DNA from: Candidatus Omnitrophota bacterium
GTDB lineage: Bacteria > Omnitrophota > Gorgyraeia > Zapsychrales > JBAZNR01
Reading direction: 5' to 3'
Assembly (NCBI GenBank): GCA_041649175.1
Contig: JBAZNR010000001.1
Span: forward strand, 719,497 to 783,496
Length of the DNA: 64,000 bases
In this document: positions 27,955-37,206 of the stretch, one piece after another
Numbering within the stretch: position 1 is the first letter of the stretch
How the letters are laid out: each line of letters starts with the position of its first letter
Notes under the pieces: generated by a model
The model's input: the letters and a program-made list of their open reading frames with translations, nothing else
Database searches by the model: none
What the model was told of the DNA's origin: nothing
Made by a program: the position numbers and the translations under genes

Positions 27955-28323
27955 ATGGTTAAAAGACTTATATTTATTGTTGATGATGAAAAAGAATTAC
28001 GAAAAAAGTATAAGAAGCTTTTAATCAAAGAAGGATTTAAGGTCGTGGAGGCTTCCAATGCTTTGGAAGTGGCCAATATCTTGATGCGCGAGAAAAGCAA
28101 GCTTGACCTTATCTTATTGGATATCAATATTAGCGAGGTTGATGGACGGGATATTTTTGATATTATCGAAGAATATGTTCCGGGATTGCCGGTCATTGTA
28201 ACAAGCGTTTATCCGGTGAGTGAACAAAAGCTCAGGATCCCCAAGGCTGTCGATTATTATCATAAACTGCAAAAAGAAGAGAGCTTGATCAAAAAGATCA
28301 AGAATGCTTTAGGGTTAGAATAG
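27955..28323 (+). CDS. single-domain response regulator (CheY-like receiver)
   Basis: DD...D...T...K receiver pattern (IFIVDDE, LILLD). The start was moved to ATG 27955, which has an AGGAG Shine-Dalgarno 9 nt upstream (the track ORF begins at GTG 27937). Confidence 0.75.
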   Translation: MVKRLIFIVDDEKELRKKYKKLLIKEGFKVVEASNALEVANILMREKSKLDLILLDINISEVDGRDIFDIIEEYVPGLPVIVTSVYPVSEQKLRIPKAVDYYHKLQKEESLIKKIKNALGLE

Positions 28324-28351
28324 CAGGCTAGAATTTAGGGAAGTAAAAGAA

Positions 28352-28380
28352 GGCGCCCGTCATGTTTCATGACGGGCGCC
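28352..28380. terminator. bidirectional intrinsic terminator (13-bp perfect stem GGCGCCCGTCATG / CATGACGGGCGCC)
   Basis: Perfect palindrome between convergent genes, with T-rich flanks on both strands. Confidence 0.55.
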
Positions 28381-28411
28381 TCTGTATTTCTTAAAGTATT
28401 CCTTTAAAAAC

Positions 28412-28885
28412 CTAAACGGTATCGTTAATGACGTTATTATGGCTGGCGATGACTTGCCACTTATCGTTTTCTTTCATCCATGTCATCGTGTAGCGGCGTA
28501 CCGAACGGCGTCCGCCTTCCAAGTTCTTTTCGATCGTAAAAAGATAATACTGTAAAACCGCCGTATTTCCGAAAACACCGCAGCTGATAGGGCTGATGTA
28601 GTAAATCGGAAATTTGGTATTTTCACACCAGAAACCGACCCATTTGGTCAACCAGCGCTTGTCCAGCATTAAAGGGCTTTCGTGGCCGAAACCGCGGAAA
28701 TCGGGATGAATGTATTCTAAAAATTCTTTTACCTTGCCTTGCGTGAGGATTTCCCAGTGACGCTCAAGATGCTGCCAGATCTCTTTTTGTTCTTTGGACC
28801 ATTCTTCTGTGTTCGGAGAAACAGATTGTTTCATAAATATCCTTTCCTGTGGTGTTCTCTTGCTGCGCAAACTTAAAATCCTCAT
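28412..28885 (-). CDS. NTF2-like/SnoaL-like (DUF4440-type) protein
   Basis: Size and sequence character of the ketosteroid isomerase-like fold. Weak. Confidence 0.5.
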   Translation of the reverse strand: MRILSLRSKRTPQERIFMKQSVSPNTEEWSKEQKEIWQHLERHWEILTQGKVKEFLEYIHPDFRGFGHESPLMLDKRWLTKWVGFWCENTKFPIYYISPISCGVFGNTAVLQYYLFTIEKNLEGGRRSVRRYTMTWMKENDKWQVIASHNNVINDTV

Positions 28886-28934
28886 TAATTTAGCGTAGCG
28901 TCAAAAAATAGTCAAGATATGTTTTGAGTGGAAA

Positions 28935-29909
28935 ATGCCCATAAAACATCATACAATGAAACATTATTTTATGAATACCTGCAACCTCCCTGAAATATTC
29001 TTACAGCGCTTACGCGAAATTATTCCTCCGGAAGAATTTGAGTATCGCTATCAACTTTTTTCACAGCGCCGAGCTTTAAGCCTGAGGGTTAACACGCTAA
29101 AAAGTAATGCGGATGAAGTTGGTCAGATATTGTGCGAGAATGGTTTTAGGTTTGAGCCTGTTTCTTGGTATAAACATGTCTTGATCCTTCAAGATACGTT
29201 GCCCAAAGATTTGGATACAACACAGATCTTACAAAAAGGGTTAGCGTATATTCAGAGTTTGTCTAGCATGCTTCCGGTGCTTGCCTTGAATCCTCAACCC
29301 TCTGAAAATGTCCTAGATATGTGCGCGGCACCGGGAAGTAAAACAACGCAAATAGCATCTCACATGAATAACCAAGGGTCTATCGTGGCGCTTGATGCCG
29401 TGCGAGACAGATGTTATAAGTTGAGATCCGTTATTTCTCTTCTGGGCGTTTCTATCGCGGATGTCAAATTCCTAGATGCCCGAAAATTTAAGACGAATAT
29501 GCTTTTTGATAAGATCTTGGTGGATGCGTCTTGTAGTGCGGAAGGGCGTTTTTCTACTCTGGAGCCTAAGACATTGGCTTATTGGAGCCCCAGGAAGATA
29601 AAAGAAATGGTTCACAAACAAAGAGGGATTCTCTTAGCCGCAAGCCGCTTATTAAAATCGGGAGGAAGCTTGGTCTATTCAACGTGCACTTTTTCTCCGG
29701 AAGAAAATGAAGGCGTTATCGATTGGTTCTTACGTAAGACAAAAGAGAATTTTAAGGTTGAAGAGATCCAAATGGACTTTGTCCCACGCTATCCGTCTTT
29801 GCTTTCCTGGGGGCAAAAGGATTTTCGTAAAGAAGTTAAGAATTGTTTGCGGGTTTTACCGACCAAGGACATGGAGGGATTTTTTATTACAAAACTTGTT
29901 AAAGAATAG
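28935..29909 (+). CDS. RsmB/RsmF (Sun/NOL1) family RNA m5C methyltransferase
   Basis: SAM-binding DMCAAPGSKT, catalytic DASCSAEG and STCTFSPEENE motifs. Confidence 0.8.
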   Translation: MPIKHHTMKHYFMNTCNLPEIFLQRLREIIPPEEFEYRYQLFSQRRALSLRVNTLKSNADEVGQILCENGFRFEPVSWYKHVLILQDTLPKDLDTTQILQKGLAYIQSLSSMLPVLALNPQPSENVLDMCAAPGSKTTQIASHMNNQGSIVALDAVRDRCYKLRSVISLLGVSIADVKFLDARKFKTNMLFDKILVDASCSAEGRFSTLEPKTLAYWSPRKIKEMVHKQRGILLAASRLLKSGGSLVYSTCTFSPEENEGVIDWFLRKTKENFKVEEIQMDFVPRYPSLLSWGQKDFRKEVKNCLRVLPTKDMEGFFITKLVKE

Positions 29910-30033
29910 TTGCCTTGCGCCGTTAGATTTTTTGGCTTGTTTCCTTCATAGAATAGGGGTAGAATACGCCCAATGTTAGAGTACGATTCAGTATTATTTT
30001 AAGAAAACTTTCAGAAAGCGAGGTAGGAAAAGG

Positions 30034-30225
30034 ATGTCTAATATCGGATTTAGCGAACTGATCATTATCCTTTTGATCGTCCTTCTTTTCTTTGGGGCGA
30101 AAAGGCTTCCGGAAATAGGCCAGGCCTTAGGAAAAGCCGTTAAAGAATTTCGTAATGCCAGCAAGGAAATGGGAAATAGTATTAAAGATGCCACCAAAGA
30201 TGATGGAAACGAAAAAAAGTCATAA
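30034..30225 (+). CDS. tatA: twin-arginine translocase TatA/E
   Basis: [25 protein letters not shown] signature. Confidence 0.9.
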   Translation: MSNIGFSELIIILLIVLLFFGAKRLPEIGQALGKAVKEFRNASKEMGNSIKDATKDDGNEKKS

Positions 30226-30946
30226 TCAGCTTACCTTCCTTGAACATCTTGATGAATTAAGAAGCTGCCTCATTAGATCCATTCTTGCTATTATTGTGGC
30301 GGCTTGTTTTTTTTATCAATATATTCATCAAGCCATGGATTTTCTGATCCGCCCTGTTGGCAGTGTTGTTTTTACTTCTCCGGCGGAAGCATTGATGGCG
30401 CATATTACGCTAACGATGCTAGGGGCTGTTTTATTAGCATCGCCGTATATTCTTTACCAGATCTGGAATTTTATTTCTGCGGGGCTTAAAGCTCAGGAAC
30501 AAAAGCTGCTGTCTATTTTCCTTCCCGCCTCGCTTTTTCTTTTTATCTTAGGAGCCTTGTTCGCCTATTTTATTATTTTACCGATCGCGCTAAAATTCTT
30601 TTTAAGTTTCTCAAGCTCGATGCTGCGACCGATGATCACAATCGGAAAATATGTGTCATTTGTTGTGACACTGGTTTTATCATTCGCCGTTGTTTTTGAA
30701 TTACCGGTTGTCATTGCCATATTGACGACGATGGGGATCGTTACGCCGGATTTCTTAAGACAAAAACGGCGTTTGGCGATCGTTATTATCTTAATTGTTA
30801 GCGCGATCTTAACTCCGCCGGATTGTGTGTCACAGCTTTTAATGGCTATTCCGATCATCGTGCTTTACGAGATCAGCATTGGGTTAGCTGCTTTGATCAA
30901 TCCGTCGATTCATCAAAAGTGCCAATCTTGCGCCAGGGAGAGTTGA
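30200..30946 (+). CDS. tatC: twin-arginine translocase TatC
   Basis: LxEHLDELR motif and 6 TM helices. Start chosen at internal ATG-ATG; the track ORF extends to 30155. Confidence 0.8.
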   Translation: MMETKKSHNQLTFLEHLDELRSCLIRSILAIIVAACFFYQYIHQAMDFLIRPVGSVVFTSPAEALMAHITLTMLGAVLLASPYILYQIWNFISAGLKAQEQKLLSIFLPASLFLFILGALFAYFIILPIALKFFLSFSSSMLRPMITIGKYVSFVVTLVLSFAVVFELPVVIAILTTMGIVTPDFLRQKRRLAIVIILIVSAILTPPDCVSQLLMAIPIIVLYEISIGLAALINPSIHQKCQSCARES

Positions 30947-31086
30947 CGTTGTATTAATTTTTAGCTTGTATTTTTATATTTTTTTAATAAAATAACTTTC
31001 AAATCGTTTGTGTTATTTTAAAATCGCGATAGAATCTAAAGTGTAGGCAGACAAAAAGAACACAAGGTTAAGGAGGAAAAGAGCAA

Positions 31087-31293
31087 ATGAAGATCAACGA
31101 TGTTAAAGAGTTGCTAAAGGACAAAAGAGTTACCGAAGAGATCAATAAGCATCTGTGGATCGAAAGCCAGAAATCCGGTTATAGCATCGGGATTGAGCGG
31201 GCGACCGATGAATGGCTAAGGCTTTACTCGGAAGGCTGGATGAAGTACCATATGCCGGATAAGTATAAGCAGTTAAAATCTAAGAAAGCTTAA
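31087..31293 (+). CDS. small conserved hypothetical protein (68 aa)
   Basis: ORF with an AGGAGG Shine-Dalgarno. Followed by a strong terminator. Confidence 0.5.
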   Translation: MKINDVKELLKDKRVTEEINKHLWIESQKSGYSIGIERATDEWLRLYSEGWMKYHMPDKYKQLKSKKA

Positions 31294-31311
31294 GACAGTT
31301 TAGAAAAAGCA

Positions 31312-31356
31312 AGCGGGCTGCCCCGGTAATAACCGGGGCAGCCCGCTCTTTATTTT
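31312..31356. terminator. bidirectional intrinsic terminator (15-bp perfect stem AGCGGGCTGCCCCGG / CCGGGGCAGCCCGCT)
   Basis: Perfect 15-bp GC-rich stem with a 6-nt loop, followed by CTTTATTTT. Lies between convergent genes. Confidence 0.7.
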
Positions 31357-31367
31357 CTACGAATAAT

Positions 31368-33743
31368 TTATTCTTTCTTAGCCCTAAAGATCAACAATAT
31401 TACCAGCAGAAAAGACAAGATGCTCACGATGCAACCGATGTAAAAAGAAGGCGGTTCAAAAGAGAATCTCACCGTATGTTTTCCGGCGGGCGCAAAAACC
31501 GAACGGATAAGATAATTGGTCGCATAAAGTTTGGAGGGTTTGTTATCCACAAAAACCTTCCAATCCGGGTGAAAGGCATCGCTTAAGACAACTAGCCCGG
31601 CGTTTTCTAAATCCGCTTCAATAATAACTTCATTAGCTGTGTATCGGGTAATTTCCGCTTTTGAGTTGTCGCGCACCGGAATTTGAGAGAGTTGTTTCTC
31701 CATCTCGCGGTCAGAAGCCCCTTCCAAAACCACAGCCTCATTTAAATTCTGGCTGATAAACTTTATCGCGTTAAAAGGGACATCGCTGGTATTATCAAAA
31801 ATAGCGCGGTGGACAATAAAGGCCCGCGGAAAAGCCTTCGTGCGCTCATAGATCACTACTTCCTTGGAATAAGCAGCTTTGGTCGTGTCGGCCAACGTTG
31901 CCTTTAAGTACATTGGTTTTGTATACGATCCGCTGAGCAATATTTCCGGAGATCCGCCTCTGTTTATAGGAGCAACAATATATTTAAGGTTAAGCATATC
32001 TAAAAGCGGATTATCGTCGGGAAGAGAAACCGTGCGCAAAGCCGGCGGACGCAGGTCTTGCCTAAAATGATTTCTTATCACGAGTTGATTGAAGAAATTA
32101 ACGAACCGGTTAGGCAGAAAATCTTGAAAGATCCCAAAATCATCAACGCCATAGCCGGTGGCCGTGTTCGGATAAAATTGCCAGAATACCCCGTAGGCTC
32201 TTTGCGGTTGTGGAGTATCTTTTAAGAATTCAATGTAGGGAATTTTGGCAAACGATTGAAAACGCTTGGGATGTTCTCGGTGAATATAGAGAAATAATTC
32301 GAAAATGAGCAAAAAGACGATTGCTAGAATAGCATGCTGTTTTTTTAAGATATTTTTATCTTTCAGAAAAAGGATCAGCCCAAAGAAGATAAGAACGCAG
32401 AAAGCAAAAATACTCGCATGAAGCGATTGCGCGAGATGCCCGGAATCTCTAAAGTAAAGTAAATAACCGGAAATAATGGCTACGAAAGTTGCGCTAAACA
32501 CTAAATTTTTCTTAAAAAGATGGCCGGCACAAAGGATCGTCCGTAATCCCATCCCGGCGGCAATAGCCGTGCACAGCGCGACAACGTGAGGTGTATGGAT
32601 CGCAAAACGGCAAATATCAAAGATCGGTAAGTATCCTATCCAGTTAATTAAAGGAAAACTGTAAGATTTTGCAACGGCTATAAAAGCTATTGCGGCAAAG
32701 AAATAATTTAATCCGCATCGTTGTTTGTTGAACAAGCTTAAAACAACCAATGCCAGGGGAATAATGCCTAAATATCCTCCCCACCATCCGGCGAACGTAA
32801 AATCGTAGGTTAAATTTTCTTTCTGAAAAAAATGCGGAACAGCCAAGGTGATGATGCGATGAATAACTTCTCCGGAAGATAATCCCACATTTTGGGGATG
32901 CGCGTGCCAAAATTCGGAATTAAGATTACGCAAAAATGGAAAAAGGACAATAGCAGATAAAGCAAATCCCAAAATGTAAGAAAGGCTAAGCTGTCCGGCA
33001 GCGGTCTTAAAGTTTGGTTTTGGCTTGATGGTGAGTGTGCGGAAAATAAAAAATAAAAATCCCAACCCGTTTACAAAAAAGATATGCTCGGCATGTCCGC
33101 CAAAAAATGTCAATGCGGTGGCTATGGCGACAAGCCCGATGGCTCGCGCTGTTTTTTCACGAATGAGTTTTTCTAAAGACAAAAGAAGTAGTGGCGCGAT
33201 GATTTCAACATTGGCGATCCAATACTGCAAAAGGGTCATGGGGCCGGTGAACATAAAAATGATCGCCGCGCCCAAAGAAGGTATTCTGGGAAATCGTAAA
33301 ACCCGCATGAACCAATATAAAAATAATCCGCCGAATAAAAATCTTGCCAGCATCAAAATGTCCCAGGAATATAATTCCGGCAGAAGATAAAGGATGAGAT
33401 GAAGCGGGAAAAACATCCCCACCTGGATCATCCCGATCAAAGGATAGCCGCAGGCCTGATGAGGATTCCATAGAGGAATAATGCCTTGTTGAAAATTATT
33501 CTTGATGAATTGATAGATAGGTTCTTCCAAAACGGACGCGTCAGTTCCGTTGACGGGAATATAAGCGGGGCGGTTATGTTCTTGCCCGTAAACACCATAA
33601 TGAAAAGCCTGGGCGTTGGCGGTTGCGACCTTAAAGGTGCGTCCTAAAAAGACAATGTCATAGAAAAATACGGCGATTAGAGCCGATAAGATCCCGATGA
33701 TCAAAAGGTTTTCTTTGAGGAAATTCTTTTTAGGGTTTTTCAT
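31368..33743 (-). CDS. YfhO-family polytopic membrane protein (putative glycosyltransferase)
   Basis: 791 aa, many TM helices plus a C-terminal extracytoplasmic domain and final TM. YfhO-like architecture. Confidence 0.6.
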   Translation of the reverse strand: MKNPKKNFLKENLLIIGILSALIAVFFYDIVFLGRTFKVATANAQAFHYGVYGQEHNRPAYIPVNGTDASVLEEPIYQFIKNNFQQGIIPLWNPHQACGYPLIGMIQVGMFFPLHLILYLLPELYSWDILMLARFLFGGLFLYWFMRVLRFPRIPSLGAAIIFMFTGPMTLLQYWIANVEIIAPLLLLSLEKLIREKTARAIGLVAIATALTFFGGHAEHIFFVNGLGFLFFIFRTLTIKPKPNFKTAAGQLSLSYILGFALSAIVLFPFLRNLNSEFWHAHPQNVGLSSGEVIHRIITLAVPHFFQKENLTYDFTFAGWWGGYLGIIPLALVVLSLFNKQRCGLNYFFAAIAFIAVAKSYSFPLINWIGYLPIFDICRFAIHTPHVVALCTAIAAGMGLRTILCAGHLFKKNLVFSATFVAIISGYLLYFRDSGHLAQSLHASIFAFCVLIFFGLILFLKDKNILKKQHAILAIVFLLIFELFLYIHREHPKRFQSFAKIPYIEFLKDTPQPQRAYGVFWQFYPNTATGYGVDDFGIFQDFLPNRFVNFFNQLVIRNHFRQDLRPPALRTVSLPDDNPLLDMLNLKYIVAPINRGGSPEILLSGSYTKPMYLKATLADTTKAAYSKEVVIYERTKAFPRAFIVHRAIFDNTSDVPFNAIKFISQNLNEAVVLEGASDREMEKQLSQIPVRDNSKAEITRYTANEVIIEADLENAGLVVLSDAFHPDWKVFVDNKPSKLYATNYLIRSVFAPAGKHTVRFSFEPPSFYIGCIVSILSFLLVILLIFRAKKE

Positions 33744-35094
33744 TAGGGGTGTTGGCTTTCTCTTTATTCCAGCAACAATAAAATACCAGAAAAACCAAAG
33801 AAGGCAATAAACAAAAAAGGATCCGTTGCAGTGTTCGGGATAGTCGCCACATCAGGTCAAAATTCGCCGTTGTGAGGTAAACAAAGAAAACACACAACGC
33901 GTAACATAAAAAGAATAGAGTTAAAACTCCGGATTCCTTTTTTATAAAGCGCGGCGCCCGCCAAACGATGAGAATCGCTAAAGCGATCCAAAGGTAGTTC
34001 CAAACCGCGGAGGATATTTCCTGAAAGAAACTGGTTGTAACGAGATAGCAGCCTTCCCAATTAAGAAACTTTAGTGAACTTGGCGAATTCTTTAAAGTGA
34101 TGTCGCGGTTAGCAGGAGAAAGAAAGAATTTGAATATCAAGGGAGCCGGTAAAGTAAAAATAAGCCCCTGAACAACGGGTAGCAAAGACGATAGGTTTGT
34201 CCAAATCTTTTTAAAAGGCCGGCAACGGTAAAAGAAGATAAGAATAAAAAACAGCAGAAACGCCACAAATCCTTCGTTCTTTGAGAATGATAAAAAGCCT
34301 AAGAATAATCCTAGGAGAATGCCAAAACCGTTTTCTTTTTCTCGGGTGAAAAGAACAAAACAGACACAAACAGCCAACAAATAGTAAGCAAAAACAATGT
34401 CCGCGTATTGTGTTGTTCCCAGGTAAATATAAGCAGGCAGAAATAAGATCAGACATGAGCCAAGAAGAGCTGTCCTGTTTTCTGCGTATTGCTTTAATCC
34501 GGAAAATACAAGCGCGGGGCAGGCGACGGTAAAAATGATCCCGGTCCAGAAAGGCACTTGGGGCGAATATTTCTGAATCATCGTTGATCCCCAGACATTG
34601 ATCATCGGTAATAGTAAAGGATAGTCGGGTTGCGTGTGCCAATGAAGTTCTTGAAAAAGATCTTTCCAATTGCTTGTGCTTGCGATCAGGAACTTTGCCT
34701 TCATATTCCAAACAGCCCAACCGTCCCATTCGCCAAAAGGATGGCTGCAAGCGAGAATGTAAACAACGTAAGATGCTGCCGCAAAGAGAATAATGTAAAC
34801 CCATGATGAAAATATTTGATTGGCATTGAATTTAATATGTCGATAGCGGCCAGCAAATAAGATCATAGCCAAGGCCAGCGTGAGCCCTGCGTGCAAAAGA
34901 ATGATGATGGGGATATTAAATCCGCCGCAAAGAAGAAAAGAAAAAAAGATGAGTGTCGAGGAGGCCCCTAGCCCAATTCCCACGGATAGCAAACAAAAAA
35001 GAAATGATCCGATGTTTTGACTTTTGCGTAAAGCTACCGAAGTGATCAAAAGGCCCAGGAGAAATGAATACAAAAAAGGCAGTAAAGGCGTCAT
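33730..35094 (-). CDS. polytopic membrane protein, GT-C-like
   Basis: 454 aa, highly hydrophobic. Overlaps the upstream and downstream genes (operon). Confidence 0.55.
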   Translation of the reverse strand: MTPLLPFLYSFLLGLLITSVALRKSQNIGSFLFCLLSVGIGLGASSTLIFFSFLLCGGFNIPIIILLHAGLTLALAMILFAGRYRHIKFNANQIFSSWVYIILFAAASYVVYILACSHPFGEWDGWAVWNMKAKFLIASTSNWKDLFQELHWHTQPDYPLLLPMINVWGSTMIQKYSPQVPFWTGIIFTVACPALVFSGLKQYAENRTALLGSCLILFLPAYIYLGTTQYADIVFAYYLLAVCVCFVLFTREKENGFGILLGLFLGFLSFSKNEGFVAFLLFFILIFFYRCRPFKKIWTNLSSLLPVVQGLIFTLPAPLIFKFFLSPANRDITLKNSPSSLKFLNWEGCYLVTTSFFQEISSAVWNYLWIALAILIVWRAPRFIKKESGVLTLFFLCYALCVFFVYLTTANFDLMWRLSRTLQRILFCLLPSLVFLVFYCCWNKEKANTPNEKP

Positions 35095-35516
35095 GGATTT
35101 TTTTCGGCTAAAATCTTTTCATGTTCATTGACGTGAAGCGGGTTCAAATTTAATTTTTTGGTCATTTCAGAAGCGTTCACGAGATTTGTAGCGTCGATAA
35201 TAAAAAATTGATGAGATAAGCCGTTAAGGTCAAGGACGGTGGGCGCTAAGGCAAATTGCGCGGATAGAAATTGTCCGTCATTACGCTCTGACGACATGTC
35301 TTTATCGGTGAGAAAGCCAATGATCCGCTCGTTTTTCAGATATTTCTTAAAGCGAGCAAATTCAAAACCCGGTTCAGTGAATTGTATAATGCCTTTGGTC
35401 TGAGCGGATTTCTGGTAGTTTTTGAAAAGAGAAAGGGCATTGCCGGCTATGATAAGAATAAGGAAAGCCAGGATCATGTTTTCAATGCGGCAATATTTAG
35501 AAATGATTTCTTTCAT
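35091..35516 (-). CDS. membrane-anchored hypothetical protein (141 aa), first gene of the 3-gene membrane operon
   Basis: N-terminal TM helix. 4-nt overlap with the next gene. Confidence 0.5.
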   Translation of the reverse strand: MKEIISKYCRIENMILAFLILIIAGNALSLFKNYQKSAQTKGIIQFTEPGFEFARFKKYLKNERIIGFLTDKDMSSERNDGQFLSAQFALAPTVLDLNGLSHQFFIIDATNLVNASEMTKKLNLNPLHVNEHEKILAEKNP

Positions 35517-35593
35517 GGGATCAGAGCTTATGAGTATTTTACTATAAGTTTTATCATTTTTGATTCTTTTAACATAATGTTACAATAACCGCC

Positions 35594-36697
35594 ATGAACT
35601 CGCTTTACGTCCATATTCCGTTTTGCCAAAGCAAATGCCTTTTTTGCTCCTTTGTGATCGCGGTGGGCCAAACGCATAAAATGGACGCGTATCTTGACGC
35701 GCTTTCCAAAGAAGCCGACTTTTATAAAGGTGAGAACTTAAAAACAGTTTACATCGGAGGAGGAACACCCAGCCTTCTTTCTGCGGATGGATTAAAGAAG
35801 CTATTTTCTATTATTAAGCAAAAGTTTGTACTTTCTGCGGATTGCGAAGTAACACTGGAAGCTAATCCGGAAAGCCTTGATGTCGAAAAGGCAAAATTGT
35901 TATATGACCTGGGTGTTAATCGCGTAAGCTTAGGCGTTCAATCACTGGAGGAAAAGTATCTTAAATTTCTAGGGCGCAATCACGGACGTGATTGCGCCCT
36001 AGGAGCTTTTCGTATTTTACGGAAAACGGGGTTTCAGAACATCAGTCTTGATCTGATGTTCTCTTTTCCGCAACAAACCTCTTTCGAGATCGAAGGTGAT
36101 GTGCGCGCGATGGCTAGCTTAAACAGCGAGCACATTTCTCTTTATGCTTTAACGGTCGAAGAAAAAAGTAAATTTTTCTCCCGTCGTGTTCAACTGAGCG
36201 ACGATACATTACGTGCTGAGCAATACAGCTTGGTTATCCAGTTTCTAAACGATCTAGGATTTCCACAGTATGAAGTAAGTAATTTTTCGAAACCCAAAAA
36301 AGAATCGCGGCACAATCTTGCCTATTGGCAGGGAGAAAATTATATCGGGCTTGGCGTCGGAGCACATTCGCACAAAGACGGAACAAGATCTTGGAATACC
36401 TCAAATCTTAGTGATTATCTTTCCAAAACGAATCAAAATGTAAGCCCGGTTGAAGGAGAAGAGCGGCTTGATCCTGCACAGCGCTTTATGGAGACTTTGC
36501 TTTTCGGTTTAAGGATGAATCGCGGTGTTGATGTGCCGGCTTTGGAGAAAAGATTTTCATGTGCCTTGCCGGAAGGCCAGGTAGAAGCGGTGAACCAATT
36601 TCTTCGAGATGGATTTTTAACACAGGAAAATAATATTCTGAAAGTGACCGATTGCGGAAGGCTTATTTTAGATGAGCTGTGCTCGCGGCTTATCTAA
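35594..36697 (+). CDS. hemW: radical SAM heme chaperone HemW (HemN-like, oxygen-independent coproporphyrinogen oxidase family)
   Basis: CxxxCxxC (CQSKCLFC) radical SAM motif and HemN C-terminal domain. Confidence 0.8.
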   Translation: MNSLYVHIPFCQSKCLFCSFVIAVGQTHKMDAYLDALSKEADFYKGENLKTVYIGGGTPSLLSADGLKKLFSIIKQKFVLSADCEVTLEANPESLDVEKAKLLYDLGVNRVSLGVQSLEEKYLKFLGRNHGRDCALGAFRILRKTGFQNISLDLMFSFPQQTSFEIEGDVRAMASLNSEHISLYALTVEEKSKFFSRRVQLSDDTLRAEQYSLVIQFLNDLGFPQYEVSNFSKPKKESRHNLAYWQGENYIGLGVGAHSHKDGTRSWNTSNLSDYLSKTNQNVSPVEGEERLDPAQRFMETLLFGLRMNRGVDVPALEKRFSCALPEGQVEAVNQFLRDGFLTQENNILKVTDCGRLILDELCSRLI

Positions 36698-36709
36698 AAT
36701 ATCAAAAAG

Positions 36710-37189
36710 CTATTTCGGAATAAAAACTTCATTGCAATCACGGCAGAAATATTGCTTATCCCAAACAGTTCGCAGACGACGGTAGCGAATAATATCTTTA
36801 TGAAAATCCCGGATAACCAACCGCAGGATAAGATAAAACGGGATCCCCACAATAAACGCGGTGATCAGCGTCATGAGAAAATAATCTTTTTGCCCGAGCC
36901 GTCCGAGCATGAGCGCGCTGGTCGCTAAATACGAGATCAAAAACGCCATAAACGCGATACGTCCGGCCGGAAGGGTTTTTCTGGGTTCTTTAGGGGGCGT
37001 GAGCCGATGCAACAACCTTTCTTTCTGACGCGCGGTCATATTTTGCGTGTAGGTCCCAACGCGCTTATCCAGAAAAAGATCGAATTTTCTTGCGAGATTT
37101 TTTGATCTTAAAGAATAATAGACCGAAGAGACGATCTCAACATTTTCGCTTTTGCATTTTGGGCAAGTGATCTCTTTTTCGAATGCCAT
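36710..37189 (-). CDS. membrane protein with split zinc-ribbon (N-terminal CPKC, C-terminal CRDC) flanking 2 TM helices
   Basis: CxxC at both termini plus a hydrophobic core. Confidence 0.5.
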   Translation of the reverse strand: MAFEKEITCPKCKSENVEIVSSVYYSLRSKNLARKFDLFLDKRVGTYTQNMTARQKERLLHRLTPPKEPRKTLPAGRIAFMAFLISYLATSALMLGRLGQKDYFLMTLITAFIVGIPFYLILRLVIRDFHKDIIRYRRLRTVWDKQYFCRDCNEVFIPK

Positions 37190-37206
37190 AGGGTAGCAAG
37201 AGAAAG

